Part shown: positions 37,045-50,849 of the stretch, one piece after another
How the letters are laid out: the number at the start of each line of letters is the position of its first letter
Position numbering within the stretch: the stretch's first letter is position 1
DNA from: Torpedo marmorata
Lineage: Eukaryota
Direction of reading: 5' to 3'
Assembly (NCBI GenBank): GCA_977017645.1
Contig: OZ360223.1
Coordinates: 99,014,001 to 99,078,000, forward strand
Length of the DNA stretch: 64,000 nt
Translations under genes and position numbers: made by a program
Notes under the pieces: model-generated
Databases searched by the model: none
What the model was told of the DNA's origin: nothing
Seen by the model: only the letters and a program-made list of their open reading frames with translations

Positions 37045-37430
37045 CACATGGGTTAAAGGTGAAAGGGGGGAAAGTTTTAATGGAGATTTGTGAGGCAAGA
37101 CTTTTCACACAGAGGGTTTTAGGTGCCTGGAACACGCTGGCAGGGGAGGTGGTAGAAGCAGATAGAACCAGAGGGTGAACGCTTAAAGTGAGCAAAGAAC
37201 AATTTAAAGAGAACCTGAGGGGCACCTTTTTCACACAGAGAGTGGTGGGTGTGTGGAACGAACTGCCAGGTGAGGTGGTAGAGGTGGGGATAAGTGTAAT
37301 GCTTAAAAGGCACTGAGACAGATACACGTATAGGACAGCTTTAGATGGATATGGGCAACTGCAAGCAAATGGGACTAAGTTTGAGAGGCAGGAACAGTTG
37401 GGCCTGTTTCCATGCTGCATAACTCCTCTG
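37045..37430 (+). mobile_element. Two tandem CR1 3' fragments
   Basis: ttttcacacagagggttttaggtgcctggaac and ttttcacacagagagtggtgggtgtgtggaacgaactgcc. Confidence 0.8.
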
Positions 37431-37579
37431 AAACTTTGATTCATGTAAAATGTGCCATGTTCTGCTTCAGAACTTCCCATTCCCAGACACTTTCAATTTC
37501 CCACCAGCTTGGTGTGCAGAAATTCACCCCGGTACTAAATGGCTCAGTAAATCCCTGTCCACATGGATGGGACGGAGGA

Positions 37580-38580
37580 GGAGAGGGTAAGTTCCTTCAG
37601 GTTCCTGGGAATCCACATATCAGAGGACATCTCCTGGAGCCAGCACATCGAGGCAACCATGAAGTAGACACACTTACGCCTCTACTTTCTAAGAAGTCTG
37701 AGGAGATTTAGCATGTCGTTAGATGCAGTTATCAAATTTCTACAGGTGCACCGTGGAAAGTATACTGATATTTAATTTAGACATACAGCATGGCAACAGG
37801 CCCTTCCAGCCCACGATTCATGCCGCCCAATTTACACCCAATTAACCTACACCCCCAGTATGTTTTGAACTGTGGGAGGAAACCGGAGCCCCCAGGGAAA
37901 ACCCACGCAGACACGGGGAGAACGTATAATATCCTTACAGACAGCGCGGGATTCGAACCCTGGTCCCGATCGCTGGCGCTGTAAAGGCATTGCGCTAACC
38001 GCTACGCCAACCATATGTTGCATCATGGCCTGGGTTGGGAATGCAGATGGCTCCAGAAAGTGGCAAACCTAGCCAAGTCCATCACAGGCTCCGACCTCCT
38101 GTCCATTGCAGAAATCTATGTGAGACGCTGCCTCAAGAAAGTAGCCAACATCATAAAGGACCCCAATTGCCCAGATCACAACCTCTTCTCACTACTACCA
38201 TCGGGCAGAAGGTACAGAAGCCTGTAGTCCAGCATCTCTAGGTTCAAGAACAGTTTCTTTCCAACAGTTATCTGCCTTTTGAACCTCCCTGTACTACCCT
38301 AATCATAAAGTACCATCAAAAGCAGGGCCATCAAAAGATCTGTCTGCACTACTGAAATATCACTTTTTTCCTGCACTGTGTACATTTATTTATCTATCCT
38401 TTTATATATATTATCTCTTTTTTTGTCTTGGCATATTGCAGTAATTTAATTTAAGTTTAATTTAATTAATTTAATTTATACTATAGTAGTTTGTATATCT
38501 AATGTTCCTGTATGGTTGTAGCAAATAATAATTTCGGTGCATCTGTAAATTGTACTTATGTATACGACAATAAACTCTCA
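37580..38580 (+). mobile_element. Rex1 3' fragment interrupted by a young V-SINE (-, ~37770-38012)
   Basis: IIKDPNCPDHNLFSLLPSGRRYRSL; SINE splits the FYRCTVESIL...CI reading. Confidence 0.85.
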
Positions 38581-38778
38581 TTACTCTGTGATGGTGACCC
38601 AAACCCTGTTTGGGAATGCAGATGTGAGCAGAACTGATGAAAGACGCTGTCTCCAAGTAGAGCAGATTTGTAGAATACGATTTGGGCCAAAGGGCCTGAA
38701 CCATGCTCTATGAGTCCATGACTCTGTTCCACCCTGAGCCATCTAAATGTGCTCTTGAAAGAGGACGACTTGACTGAC

Positions 38779-38863
38779 CTTCTCCCAGAGTTTGTTTCAG
38801 TAGGTCATGCTTGGCCTGAAGCTTCGTGATCAAGTTGCTCCCATTCAAGTATTCCTTAAACTT
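38779..38863 (-). CDS. SRGAP3: SRGAP3 exon (~10), KFKEYLNGSNLITKLQAKHDLLKQTLGE(G)
   Basis: 85 nt; ctttcAG / GTcagt; manual translation, not in ORF track. Confidence 0.95.
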
Positions 38864-39327
38864 CTGAAAGAGAAACATGGCTTTCTGTTAGCACCTTACG
38901 AGTCTGTTAAAAGGTTTAATCACAGAACCACTTGAACATCCAGGAACACTGCAATGGCAGGCAGCAAGAGACCAGCTGGTCTACCAGTCCCATCTCCCAC
39001 CTACCTCCCCTAGTTCTGGAGCCCGGTATTTGGTTGGGGTGAGAGTTTTGTTTGGCAAGAACTTCTTGTTGCTTTCAACTCTGCATTGTCCTAGAGAATG
39101 CAAACAACTCCGATCTCTCTGAAGGATTGGATGTTAGAGGCAATGCCCAGATCACAGCCGACTACAGCAGCACTGCATTTGGTGAGCCCACAATCTACTG
39201 AGGGTGCTCTCCACTGTGACACAGTGGACACCACGTATCATAAAGCAGACCATTCTGTGGGACACACTCTAACTCCAAGGACCCGGCTGGTGTTTTGTTT
39301 TAACGCCCTTCCCAAAAGAGGACTTAC

Positions 39328-39525
39328 AGTGAAGTAGAACATCTCGGTCTCATGCTGATTGGCCCTCCGCTTTGAAATATTGACTTTGCTCATGTAGGTC
39401 TCGGAGGCGACGGATTTGACCGACTCGGTTGACCGGCTGTGGTGGAAAGCGTCAGACACGTCAAAGTCCTCCACGGTCAGCATGTCCTGCAGTGTTTGCA
39501 TGGTGGCGTCCAGTGTTTTCCTGAC
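39328..39525 (-). CDS. SRGAP3: SRGAP3 exon (~9), VRKTLDATMQTLQDMLTVEDFDVSDAF...ETEMFYFT
   Basis: 198 nt; ctccAG / GTaagt. Confidence 0.96.
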
Positions 39526-40903
39526 CTGGAGGTATGGAGGGCAGATGGTGAGCAGCAGGTGCCATTTTGCTGATGGGAGCAACCACAGTCACGGGGAGCC
39601 GCGGTGCCCACCATCTGCAGGATGGTGCAGCGTGAAGGGATGAACGTTTCAAGTGGTGCATGGTGGGGTACCACTCCAATAACACCGGAGAAGCTCGTTA
39701 CCACACGGTGGGGGGAGGGGAGGGAGTGTTGAACTTCTGGAGTGCCATTGGAGATGCACTTGTCCAGGCAAGTGGGGAGTGTTCCATCACACTCCCCTGA
39801 CTCGTACTTTGCAGACGGCGGAAAGGCCTGGGCTTGTTGGGAGATGGGCCGTTCTCGAGAGGGTGCCCAGTCTCTGACCTGCTCTTGTAGCCAGAGTATT
39901 TATGTGGCTGGTCCAGCTCTGCTCAGTTGAGATCCCCAGGGGTGGGTGAAGGGTGGACTCAGCGTTGGTACAATCTTAGAATGTCAAGACCAGGTGGTTA
40001 GACTGTCCATTGCCTTACTGTGTTAACTGCTTAACATGCAGGGTGACTGACGATTTCTCCACGGATGCTGCCTGACCCGCTGAGTCCCTCCAGCTTCTCA
40101 CTGTTTGATCAAGATTCTTCCTCTGCTTCAATATCACGGCATTGGTACAGCTCAGTGACTTGTTAGATTTTGCTGAGGCCATTTAAGAGTTAACCACATA
40201 TTTACTGCCAGAGTGGGCAATCACGTCACATTTGCATTCCCTGAAGGCCACCAGTGACATAGGATAGGCTTTTACAACAATCCAATAGTTGTACCAAGGC
40301 TGGGTGAGAGACGCCTGGTTATAGGTGTCTCTGAAGTTGCCTGAAGCTCCCAGTAGGACCCTTAGGGTCTCCTCCAGCCAACGTTATGTGGGTGGCGTGA
40401 GGACACTCAGAGGCTAGCACCAAAGCAATTCCTGATTTAGTGCCCCAATGTGGAGCTGAGTCTCCCAGAAATGCTCTTCCCAGACTCCTCGTGTTTCTTC
40501 AGGTAACTGATAGCCACCCCACACTCCTTCACTCCCCCCCACCCCCACCCCACCTTGAGATCCACTACCCACCAAGAGCACAGCTATATCGGTTGGACTG
40601 AAGGGCAGAGCAAGGCATGCTGGGTAGGCTAGGCCTTGGACCAATTTCCACCAAACTGTGCCACATGCTCACCACTTGGTCCGGCTGGGAACCTATCTGA
40701 CTGATTCATCTCTCCGAGGACACACAGGAGACTGAAAACGCTGGAATCGGGAGCAAAACACAACCTGCTGGAGGAACCCTTGACTCTCAATAAAGGCCCC
40801 CAGCCTGAAACTTTCACGGTTCTTTTTCTCCCACTGATGCTGCTTGATCTGCTGAGTTCCGCCAGCAGAGTGCGTTTTGCTCCTCAATTCACGGTTAGCG
40901 TGT

Positions 40904-41157
40904 GGGCGACATGGTTAGTGTAATGGTTAGCGCAGCGCTATTACAGCGCTAGCGACCTAGGTTCAAATCCCGCACTGTCTGTAAGGAGTTTGCACGTTCT
41001 CCCTGTGTCTGTGTTGGTTTTCCCCAGGGGCTCCGGTTTCCTCCCACCCTCCAAAACGTACAGGATTAGTAAGTTAATTGGTCACATGGGTATATTAGGG
41101 CGGCACAGGCTCGTGGGCTGGAAGGGCCTGTTACCATGCTGTATCTCTAAATTAAAA
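40904..41157 (+). mobile_element. V-SINE
   Basis: ggttagcgcagcgctattacagcgctagcgacctaggttcaaatcc plus V domain. Confidence 0.88.
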
Positions 41158-41408
41158 TCTCCCAGTTCATCCCAAGATGGATCTAATTATGAATACAATG
41201 GAGGAAAAGGAGGGGCGGGGGGGCTGGACAACTGGAGTTAAGCCCCCTCAACCAGCAGTTCCCTACCTTCTATGCCCATCCTTCCAGCCCAGTCGATGCT
41301 GCCCCATTTCCCTCCCCACTTGTCCCCCACCTCTCACTCAATAGTGAGGCCTCCCCTCCCCTCCCCTCCCCTCCCCTGTATTTTTCCATGTTGTCGTTCC
41401 TGGCTCAC

Positions 41409-41510
41409 CTCTTCATTTTCAATCTTCAGTGTGGCCAGGCGGGACTGCAGCTGGTGGTACCTCATGAGAAGCTCTGTCTGAACGGGCTGCTGAGCACTCA
41501 CCTGACACAC
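41409..41510 (-). CDS. SRGAP3: SRGAP3 exon (~8), VCQVSAQQPVQTELLMRYHQLQSRLATLKIENEE
   Basis: 102 nt; cttacAG / GTgagc; matches recalled human peptide. Confidence 0.96.
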
Positions 41511-42369
41511 CTGTAAGTGAGAGGCAAGGCAGAGGGTCACTTGTGGGTCAGCACAGGGCCCCCTGTCATCCATCCCATGACCTATTGTCCATACAGGGTG
41601 CAGAATGGGGCGGCACGGTGGCGCATCTCCAGACACTCCGGTTCAATCCTGACCCCTGGTGCTGACTGTGTGGAGTTTCCACGTTCACCCTGTGACTGCT
41701 TGGTTTTTCCTCCGGGTGCTCCGGTTCCCTCCCACGTCCCAAAGACGTACACGATGGTAGGTTAATTTGCTACTCGGCTGTAATTGGCTACTGTAAATTA
41801 CCCGTGTGTGGAGGTAGCACTGATGGGATGCGGGAAAACTAGGTCATTGGGAAAATTAGTGCAGAATGGTAATCAGCAGACAGGCCAAATAACCCACAGC
41901 TGTTACATGAGGAAGTATGGAACGTGTGAACACTCCTGTCGCCCATTCATTTAACGATCCGCAGGAAATGATGAAACTTAAATGGTGAATGAGGAATCAA
42001 AAACATGCAACTGGTACAGAATAAGATCCCACAACTCAGCTGGACCACAGTTCTAGATGGCCCCAGCTGCAAGGAATGGCCAGAGAAAATATCCAGCAAT
42101 TATAGAACGCAATGACACGGTGGTCAACCTCAAACAGAATGATTAACCCACTGCCTTTGGAAGTCAATAAATGTCCTGAACGATATTTAATCAAAGCTTA
42201 AGTGCAATTGTTTCAAAGGATATCCGCACTAAAAGTTCACAGGAAATACCAGGGTAGCAAAAATCATTTCGCAGCGAATGTTCTGAGGAATCAGCATTCC
42301 ACTGGACGAACGTCTATTTTTTATCTCATGATTTGTACTAATCCTATTCTAAACAATAAAAAAACTGCC

Positions 42370-42466
42370 AAACCGAGGCTACCCGCAAATTGGAGGAACA
42401 ACACCTAATATTCCATTTGGGCTCTCCGACCAGATGGCATTCTCCAGTTTCCATTTAACCTCTTCC

Positions 42467-42504
<38 letters not shown>

Positions 42505-42825
42505 ATCCCTCTGTCATCTTTCCTCCAGCTCCCCAACCCCTTTCCTTCCCTCTCCATTCAGAGAGCTATCCCCTCCCCATCACTTCTCAGCTTTTATCTC
42601 TTCTGCCCTTTAACCAAATCCAACTATGACCTCTTGCCTGTTGGCCTGTGCTCCTCCTCTTCTTCCCTCCTTTCCTCACCTCTCGCCCCACCTTTTTATT
42701 CAGGCGCCTGCATGCTTTTTGCTCATACCTTGATGAAGGGCTCAGGCCTGAAATGTTGGTTACCCTTAGCTTCCGAAAGACGCTTTGTGACCTGCTGAGT
42801 TTCTCCAACACTTAATGTGTATTGC
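42370..42825 (+). mobile_element. Penelope-like 3' fragment
   Basis: gaggctacccgcaaattggaggaacaacacctaatattcc (EATRKLEEQHLIF); terminal cttgatgaagggctcaggcctgaaatgttgg. Confidence 0.8.
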
Positions 42826-43064
42826 CCCACATTTATGTAGTTAATTTCGTGGGCTCATGATGTTCCAAAGAACTTTATAGCCAATGACATGTAGTGACAG
42901 ATACATTGCAGGAAATGTGACAGATTGTTAGCCAATAGGAAACTTCCTCAAGCAGCTGGGAAGAGTAACAACTACATAGCCTGCTCCAGTTCTGCTGAAG
43001 GGTCAATGATCTGAAATATTCGCCCTGTTTCTCTCTCCACACACGCTGTTCAACCTACTGAGTG

Positions 43065-43476
43065 TTCGTGGTCGGGGGACCCGCACAGGATGCGGGAGAC
43101 TGACTCATGGGGACCCAGGTATTAGAGCCGGGATTTGAGAAGGGGCTAAGGGCAAGAAGGGCTCTGAAAGGGCTGCGGGCGCTAAAGGCTTCCTGATCAT
43201 GTCGGAGGTATGGATCTGGAGCTCGGGTTTGTCGATGGATCGAATAGGAGTCCGTGCGGCTGCAGAGGCTGCGGGAGTGCTGGAGGTGAATCCACAGACA
43301 CTCAGTGACTCTGAAGGGTCTCTCTTTTGCTTCTCTTTCTCTCGTGCTGTAAGGGGCACAGGGCGACACTAATGGCGACTCTTTGTCTGACTTACGGCAG
43401 GCAGAAGGCAATTTTGTGTAATATTACATGTTCTGGACTATTACATGACAAGAAAGGAATCTTGAATCTTGAATCT
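43065..43476 (+). mobile_element. GC-rich non-coding retroposon with (GAATCTT)n tail, copy 1
   Basis: Homologous to 58862-59350 (-) and 63021-63670 (+). Confidence 0.75.
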
Positions 43477-43739
43477 AGCTACACACCCTGATCCCCGGCT
43501 AATGTTGATGCTCCTTCCTGGGACACGGTGGAACTTCCGACTCCCCTCTCTATTGCTCACTCTCCTTCATGACCTTTCACATTCACAGGGATGGAAGGTC
43601 GGCTCTCAGTGCAACGTCCCTCTGGCAGACCAATGCTTCTGATGGTGTGGCATGCTCCCTGCATTTCCCAGCTACAATGCATACCCCTGCAGCTCCAAGG
43701 GTACTGCATTCACTCCCTGCCTCTCATGGCACAGCTCCC

Positions 43740-44200
43740 CCTCAGCATCTCCGAGGATGTGACGATCCCTCAATCCCTCCCAGGGTCCAGCGCTCCCTCA
43801 GCACTTCCAATGGTGAGGAGATCCTTCAATATCTATGAGGATGTGGAGATCCCTCAGTCCCTCTGAGAGAGTGGAGATCCCTCAGTACTTCCGGGCATCC
43901 AGAGACCCCCTTAGTGCCCTTGAGGATGTGGAGATCCCTCAATCCCTCCCTCAACATTTCCGAGGGTGATGAGACCCGTCAATACCCCCAAGGGTGTGGA
44001 GAACCCTCAGGACTTCCGAGGGCAAGGAGATCCCTCAGTACCCCCGAGGATGTGGAGATCCTTCAGCACTGAGGAGATCCCTCACTACCTCCTAGGGCGC
44101 AGAGGTCCCTCAGTACCCCCAAGGATGTGGAGATCCCTCAGTACATCTGAGGGTGCGGAGATCCCTCAGTAACTCTAAGGCTGTGGAGGTCCCTCAGCAT
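43740..44200 (+). repeat. ~29-bp minisatellite (gaggatgtggagatccctcagtacccc)
   Basis: Diverged tandem units. Confidence 0.88.
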
Positions 44201-44949
44201 CACAAAAAAGGGTCAGACTGCACAGGCGTTTCTCCCAGAGATGGAGATTAACAGAGGTCTCAAACACCGTAAATGGTCTCCACATGGTAGATATTGGCAA
44301 GTCCCCATTCAAGGTGGGTGAGTGCAGGACAAAGGCTCAAAAAGAAAGCAAATTATGAAGTGGGGGGGGGGGGGGTAAATCCTTATCCCAGAGCATGATG
44401 GAACTGCAGAATTCATCACCACAGAGGGAAGGTTTGAAGCATTGAAGATGAATATAGGGCAAGAGAGGAATCGATCATCTGTGTTGGAGGACTTGAAAGT
44501 GAAGATACATCAGTTAGGCCGACAGGAAATTTCTGAGCTGTCCATTGAACAGACCATGATATCCTATAAGACGAAACAAGGATATCACTGACTGCGATAT
44601 ATCTCTACCAGATGAGCTCAACTACATTCACTTTGAGAGGGTATGGGATCTTGCTGTACATACAGAATGTTACAGCACAGGAGCAGGCCCCTTGGTCCAC
44701 GTGTCTAAGCCGAACATGATGCCCAAATTAAACTAAGGTTCTGCTGCCTGCACATGAAACATGTCCTCTGATCACTGCAGATTCATGAGCAGGCAGGTTG
44801 CCCAACATCCCACAGCACATCAATGGGTTGAACTCAAAGGTGCCTCCCTGGTAATAACGCACCTTGCGATGACCTGAGGTTGTGAACACATCCCTCTCTC
44901 CTGTCCGTTAATGCTATGCACATTCAGGATGGGGGCAAGTGCTGAGATG

Positions 44950-45280
44950 GAGAGAGAAAGAGAGAGTGAGTAAGAGAAAGAGAGAGAGAGGGAGAGAGGG
45001 GAAGAGGGAAAGAGAGAGAGAGGGAGAAAGAGAGGGGGGTCAGAGAGAGAGAGAGAGGGGGAAAGAGAGAGGGAAAGAGAGAGAAAGAAAGAGAGAGAGA
45101 GAGGGAGAGAGAGAGTCAGAGAGAGGAAGGAAGNNNNNNNNNNNNNNNNNNNNNNNNNNNNNNNNNNNNNNNNNNNNNNNNNNNNNNNNNNNNNNNNNNN
45201 NNNNNNNNNNNNNNNNNNNNNNNNNNNNNNNNNNNNNNNNNNNNNNNNNNNNNNNNNNNNNNNNNNNNNNNNNNNNNNNN
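44950..45280. other. (GA)-rich microsatellite running into a 147-N assembly gap (45134-45280)
   Basis: Direct observation; no SRGAP3 exon appears to be missing across the gap. Confidence 0.97.
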
Positions 45281-46349
45281 GGTAGCCCACCCAGTTGAAG
45301 GGTCAGGAATTGTTTCAGGCTGAGGAGCTGTGGCTGTGAACGATTTGCTGGGAGTCTGCACACACTCGGATACAGGTGTGAGAAAATCAGTCTATAAATA
45401 TTTAACATTAATAATCAAAGCACATTAAGCACACAACACACGCCAGCATCTGTGCCTCCTTCCTGCTTATATCATGCCTGAACCACTCCAGCTGAGAACG
45501 CTTTAACAATCTGTCTGCTACTAATTACAGACACAGAATCTGAGAATCACAATGCCAGGATCTGATGAAGGGTTTATGCTTGGAAAGGTAATATGAAATT
45601 CAAAACGCATTTGCAACAATGTTGGACATTTACACTGATTTTACACACACAGAGTTCATTAGACAGTGGATGGCCTAAGAAACACAAACATGCAGAAAAT
45701 GTTATGGGGCACACAAATTCATGCACCACAGGGTAAAGATTCAAGTTTCAGCAGAGGTAGGTGTTAAATGTTCGCCATGGTGCTGGGGATGACTCCCCTG
45801 TCTTCAAACAGTTGTCTTGGAATCTTCAATATCAACCGAGGAACTTCAGTCTCACCATGGAACAAGGGGAACCTCCCACCAGTGTCCAAAGCTGCAGGAA
45901 GGTTGCAACCCACAGCACTACACCCAAGTGGTGGTGGAGTTTTGACCCACAGTCTTCTGCTTTCAGGGAGTGATCAACTGAGCGCAGGCGGGAGAATAAT
46001 GGCCTGAGATGCTTCTGCTACTGACCCTAAACGATGAGGTGATGGGGGACTCTGGTTTGGTTCCTGGGGTGTGACGAGCATAGGAAGCTGGGACAACTGC
46101 TTCCTCCCTGGAGTATAACAAGGGAAGGGGTAGACTCAGCTTCAGCTCCTGACTGTCCAATGATCTCTCTCCGATGTCGGACAATGCCAGATTGAGTGGT
46201 GACGCGTGAAAACCTCTCCTCCTCCCAGGACTTACACGGACAACTGCATCCCACTGAGGCTTGCTCCCCCTCTGTCACTGACAGATATCAGCGAGCAGGC
46301 ATGCACAGACTGTGCTACTGATCTCTGATCACTGGCTGACTGTGTCTAC

Positions 46350-46680
46350 ATGCAGCCGATTTACTCATAGTGTCCTGGATTTCAACTGTGGGGGTGTTCA
46401 GGGGCAGCGGGTAGTCTGGATGGGATAGTACATAAGGCCATGGACAGACATGTGAGTGTGGGAGTGTGACCCGGAATTGAAATGGTTGGCTACTGGGAGG
46501 TCGCTGTTGTTGCGGACGGAGAGGAGGTGCTCAGCAAAGCGATCTACGACCGGTCTCTCCGATGTAGAGAAAGCCACAAAGGGAGCACCGGAAGCAGTAA
46601 ATAAGTTCTCTGGATGTACAAGTGAAGTGTAGTTTCACTTGGAAGGCCTGTTTGGGGCCCCGGACCGTGGTGAGGGGGGA
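46350..46680 (-). mobile_element. Penelope-like GIY-YIG endonuclease fragment
   Basis: GPKQAFQVKLHFTCTSRELIYCFRCSLCGFLYIGETGR. Confidence 0.85.
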
Positions 46681-47049
46681 CACTGAGTAAAGGGCAGGTT
46701 TTCGTTTATGCGTAATGATATGAAGAATTTGAGCCCCATCTGTGGTTACATTGATTTGAGTAAACACACAGAAATGCTGGAGGAGTAGACGCTGCGAGAC
46801 CTGCTGAGTTCCTCCAGCATTTCTGTGTTTTTACTACAATCACCACGTCTGCAGACTTTCGTTTTTCACTTATATTGATTTGAAAATGTGGAGCCAATCA
46901 TTCCACTTAATAAGATGGAAAGTTGCAAATAATGCTGCTACAACAAGGGTCAAATATAATGATAATTATCTGGAGCTGTGCTGACAATCCGTGCGCAGCT
47001 GTTGGCCTAGTCGGTCTTGCAGTAAGATTGCAGAAAGTGGAAAACTGCA

Positions 47050-47737
47050 GGAGGAGTGAAGCAACACTTCATTTGTGAATCTGCGGGAGACATCTACTGC
47101 ATCCAGTGCTCCCTAAATGGCCTTCTCTACATCACAAAGACTGGACGCAGACTGGAAGATTGCTTCACTGAGCACCTTCGCTCTGTCCGGATCAATGACA
47201 GGGATATCCCAGTGGCCAACCATTTCAATTCTGCGCCCCACTCCTGCGCCGACATGTCTGTCCATGGCCTCATGCACTGCCAAACCAGGGCCACCTGTAA
47301 AATGGATGAGCAACACTTATATTCCGTCTGGGCACTCTCCAACTGGATGGCAATAACATCGACTTCTTCGGTTTCTGCTAGACCAATCCCCGTTCTCCCT
47401 CCCTTCCCATTCCCTCTGTCTCCTTTCCTCCAACTCTCCACCCCCTTCCCTCTCCATTCAGAGCTATCCCTTCTCCCCCTGTTTTCTCTTGTGCCCTCCC
47501 TCCCTTATCCCTATGACCTCCTGCCTGTGCTCCTCCTCCTGCCCATCCCCCTCCGACCATTTTATTCAGGCGCCTGCCTACATTTTACTCATACAGTACC
47601 TTGATAAAGGGATCAAGCCTGAAACATTGGTTATGTCTCTTTATCTTGCTATATAAAGTACGCTGTGTGACTTGCTGAGTTTATCCAGCATTGTGTTTTT
47701 ACTTCAATCATTGCGCTTGCAGACTTTCGTGTTTCGC
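47050..47737 (+). mobile_element. Penelope-like 3' fragment (GIY-YIG plus terminal repeat)
   Basis: KQHFICESAGDIYCIQCSLNGLLYITKTGRRLEDCFTEHLRSV...PVANHFNS. Confidence 0.88.
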
Positions 47738-49767
47738 TAGGAGGAATTATTTCATTAGTTACATTTTTGCTTGTTCCCTTGCAGAAGGAAAATCTTGGAT
47801 TTATATAGCACCTGCAACAGCTCTCAAAAAACATCAGTGGCAGTCAGTCACCTTCAAATAAAAGACAACGTGGGCAACGAGACAAACAATAAACCACCAG
47901 CTGAACACACACCATCTTAAACACAACAGCTTTAGACCAATTTTATTTGTTGTTCTTTTAAAACCAGTCTCATCCTTTTCCTGGACAGCTCCTTATACTT
48001 CTAATTTGCAAGTGCTGGTGGCTTTTTAAATGAGTGCTTCCGAGCTAGATTCATGATTCACAAAAAGCTCAGTTAACATTCAGTGACATGGCCATATTCC
48101 CAACAAGTGAACCTCCAACACAAAGCTCGGATTTAGAAGTACTGGAACTCAGGGCTCACAGGGGTATTGCATGGACTTATTGACCAGCTCCACCTCTAAC
48201 CCTCATGTCCAAACCATTTTCCTTTGGCAGCATGTCCAAGTTGATGCACCCACTGCGGTAAAGCGAGACCTTATAGTGAAGCAGAGGTCTGTGACTGAGT
48301 TGCAGTCACAGTTTATGCAGTAAATGTCCTTTCTGAGAAAAATATCACTCAAGTACAACTGATTTACAGAAGAACATCAGAAATAGGAGCAGGAGTCAGC
48401 CATCTGGCCCGTCAAGCCTGCTCTGCCATTCAATCAGATCACAGCTGACCTGGCTGTGGATTGAGACCACAACCCTTAATTCCCCTATGCCTTAAGTATA
48501 TTTAATGAGGCAGCCTCTACTGATTCCTTGGGTAGAGAATTCCACAGATTCACTCACTCTCTGGGAGAAGCAGTTCCTCCTCATCTCTGTCTTAAATCTA
48601 ACCCCCACCCCCCTGGATCTCTTGAGGCTTTGACCCTTGGTTCTCGAGAAGATGTTTCAGTGGAACCATTTGAGGAACAGCATGGGGGGAGGGGGATGGA
48701 TTCTGCACCACCTCCTTGAGAGTGCTCCACCACTGTGGTTGAGTTGTGTCTCAGCTCCTTCTAAGTTGCTCCGCTTCACATCCTCTTGTACCCCTGAAAA
48801 TGAAAATCTGCTGATGCTAGAAATTGGGAGATGAAATCAGGAAATGACGGAAACACTCAGCAGGTCAGGTAGCGTCCGTGGAGAGAGAAGCACTTGCAGG
48901 TCGAAAAGCCTTCACCAGTCCTGAGAGGTTAACAGATGTTCTTTCCACAGATGCTGCCTCAATACCCATTAGTTGAGGGAAATCTCTTGATCTCTCCCTT
49001 GAAAGGTCCCATCCTCTTCAGTCAAAACTAGAGAGCAAAGGTTTCAGGTGAGAGGAAGGAGGTTGAGAGGGGATCTTAGTGGTTAATCTTTTACCCAGAG
49101 AGTGCTTGATATCTGGAATGTGCTGCTGGAATCAGATGCAATCATTACATTTAAAAGGCATTTAGACAGACGCTTAAATAGGGATGGCATTGAAGGATAT
49201 GGATCTCGTGCTTGGTCAACATGGACACATTGGGCTGAAGGGCCTGTCAGCTGTACAACGCTATGGCCTTCTATTGTGTTGATCAACAGGCTGTCACTGA
49301 ATTATCAAAAAACTTCTTCAATAAACTTCAGACTCAAACAAAAAGTAATCAAAGGAATTTAAAGAATGCAAACACATTTGAATGGCCCGGGATCCGATTG
49401 TTAATTGGGGCCGTATTAGGACAATCCTGGTCACCCTCCAAAGAGAAAGGACTGAAACCAATGGATGCATCAGCTGTTCATCAGCCTCAGTTTAGGTAGG
49501 GCAACCCAGCAATGGGTAACTAGGGTCGGTCTCCTGGAAGGATCTTGCACTTAAAAGAAGCAACGGGGAGAGGAACCTTCTCAAGCTCAAGGCGGACCAA
49601 GAGAGAGGGTTGTCCAGTGACTAAGTACCGGCCTGAACTCCTCCATTTCCTCCATTGTGTTCCTTTCTCCCTCTCTTAATGACTGTACCAGATAAAGGGA
49701 GTAAATCCACAGAACTTCACACCTCCACCTCACTCGACCCACCTGGAAGTGATTAATGGCATCATAC

Positions 49768-49989
49768 CTCATCTCCCATGTGCGGCTGGAATTCAAATTT
49801 GGTGGGTGGGCAGAAGATTTGGTTGTACATGTCCATGACCTTGTGCTTGTCACTCCGAGCATCCAGGTTGTCCACCGCGTTCTCGATGATGTCCAGTCCC
49901 TCGTGTCGGGACGTCTCCAGGTTATACTCTGCTGAGAGGAAGGTCCTGAAGGTACGGGCTAGGCCAGCATGGAATCCCAAATCAGAGCA
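49768..49989 (-). CDS. SRGAP3: SRGAP3 exon (~7), CSDLGFHAGLARTFRTFLSAEYNLETSRHEGLD...FEFQPHMGDE
   Basis: 222 nt; tctccccAG / GTatga. Confidence 0.96.
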
Positions 49990-50109
49990 CTGGGGAGAAA
50001 GCAGAGAGGTGGGGAGATAAAGGAGAATTTGTCATTCACGTCACTGAACCATGTGAGCAAAACTAGCATTCAAGTTTATTTATCATCCGATTGTACAAGT
50101 ACACCCAAC

Positions 50110-50361
50110 AAATTTAAATTTTAAATTTAGACATATAGCATGGTAACAGGCCCTTTTAGCCCACGAGCCCGTGCCGCCCAATTACACCTAATTGACCTAC
50201 ACCCCCGGTACGTTTTGAAGGATGAGAGGAAACCGGAACCCCCGGGGGAAACCCTCGCAGACACGGGAAGAACGTACAAACTCCCTGCAGACAGCAAACC
50301 CCGGTCCCAATCACTGGCGCTGTAATAGTGTGGCGCTAACTGCTACGCTAACCGTGCCGCC
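50110..50361 (-). mobile_element. V-SINE
   Basis: Reverse head cgctaaccgtgccgcc; inserted in a Rex1-type tail remnant. Confidence 0.88.
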
Positions 50362-50849
50362 TAACCGAGCGTTCTCCGGTCCTGGGTGCAACACACTGCA
50401 TACACACGTATAGACATATCACACATACAGACAAATGATACATATGCACAGTACGTATATATAAATATTAAAATAAATACATATTATTGTTAAATAAACA
50501 GTAGAGTCACAGTGGGTTTGTCGTTCAGCCACTCAGGTCACTAATAGAATGGAACACATGACACTGTCAGGAATCTCTTGCTCTTCAAAATAGTATAATG
50601 AGATCCTAAATGTACACAACAACACAGGTTAATGCTTATTCTCAAACTCCAACAGTCCAGCACTCCCTCAATACCACACTGTCTCCTCCTGGGATATACA
50701 CAATATCAGCTGGGGCTTGACCAAGTGACAAAACCAAGAAGGAGAGACTCCTGAACGAACCTCAGCATAGTGAAGTGATATTGCCCATGCTCCATTCTAA
50801 CTGATCTCTCTATGTGACTCTGCACTCTGTACTGTGTTTCATTTTTACA

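Noticed and set aside
44820-45408. ORFs containing X runs
   Set aside because: Artefacts of the N gap and GA repeat.
45555-45600. CTGATGAAGGG...GAAA hammerhead-like motif
   Set aside because: Stem II is mismatched and I could not build stems I or III; at best a decayed Penelope remnant.
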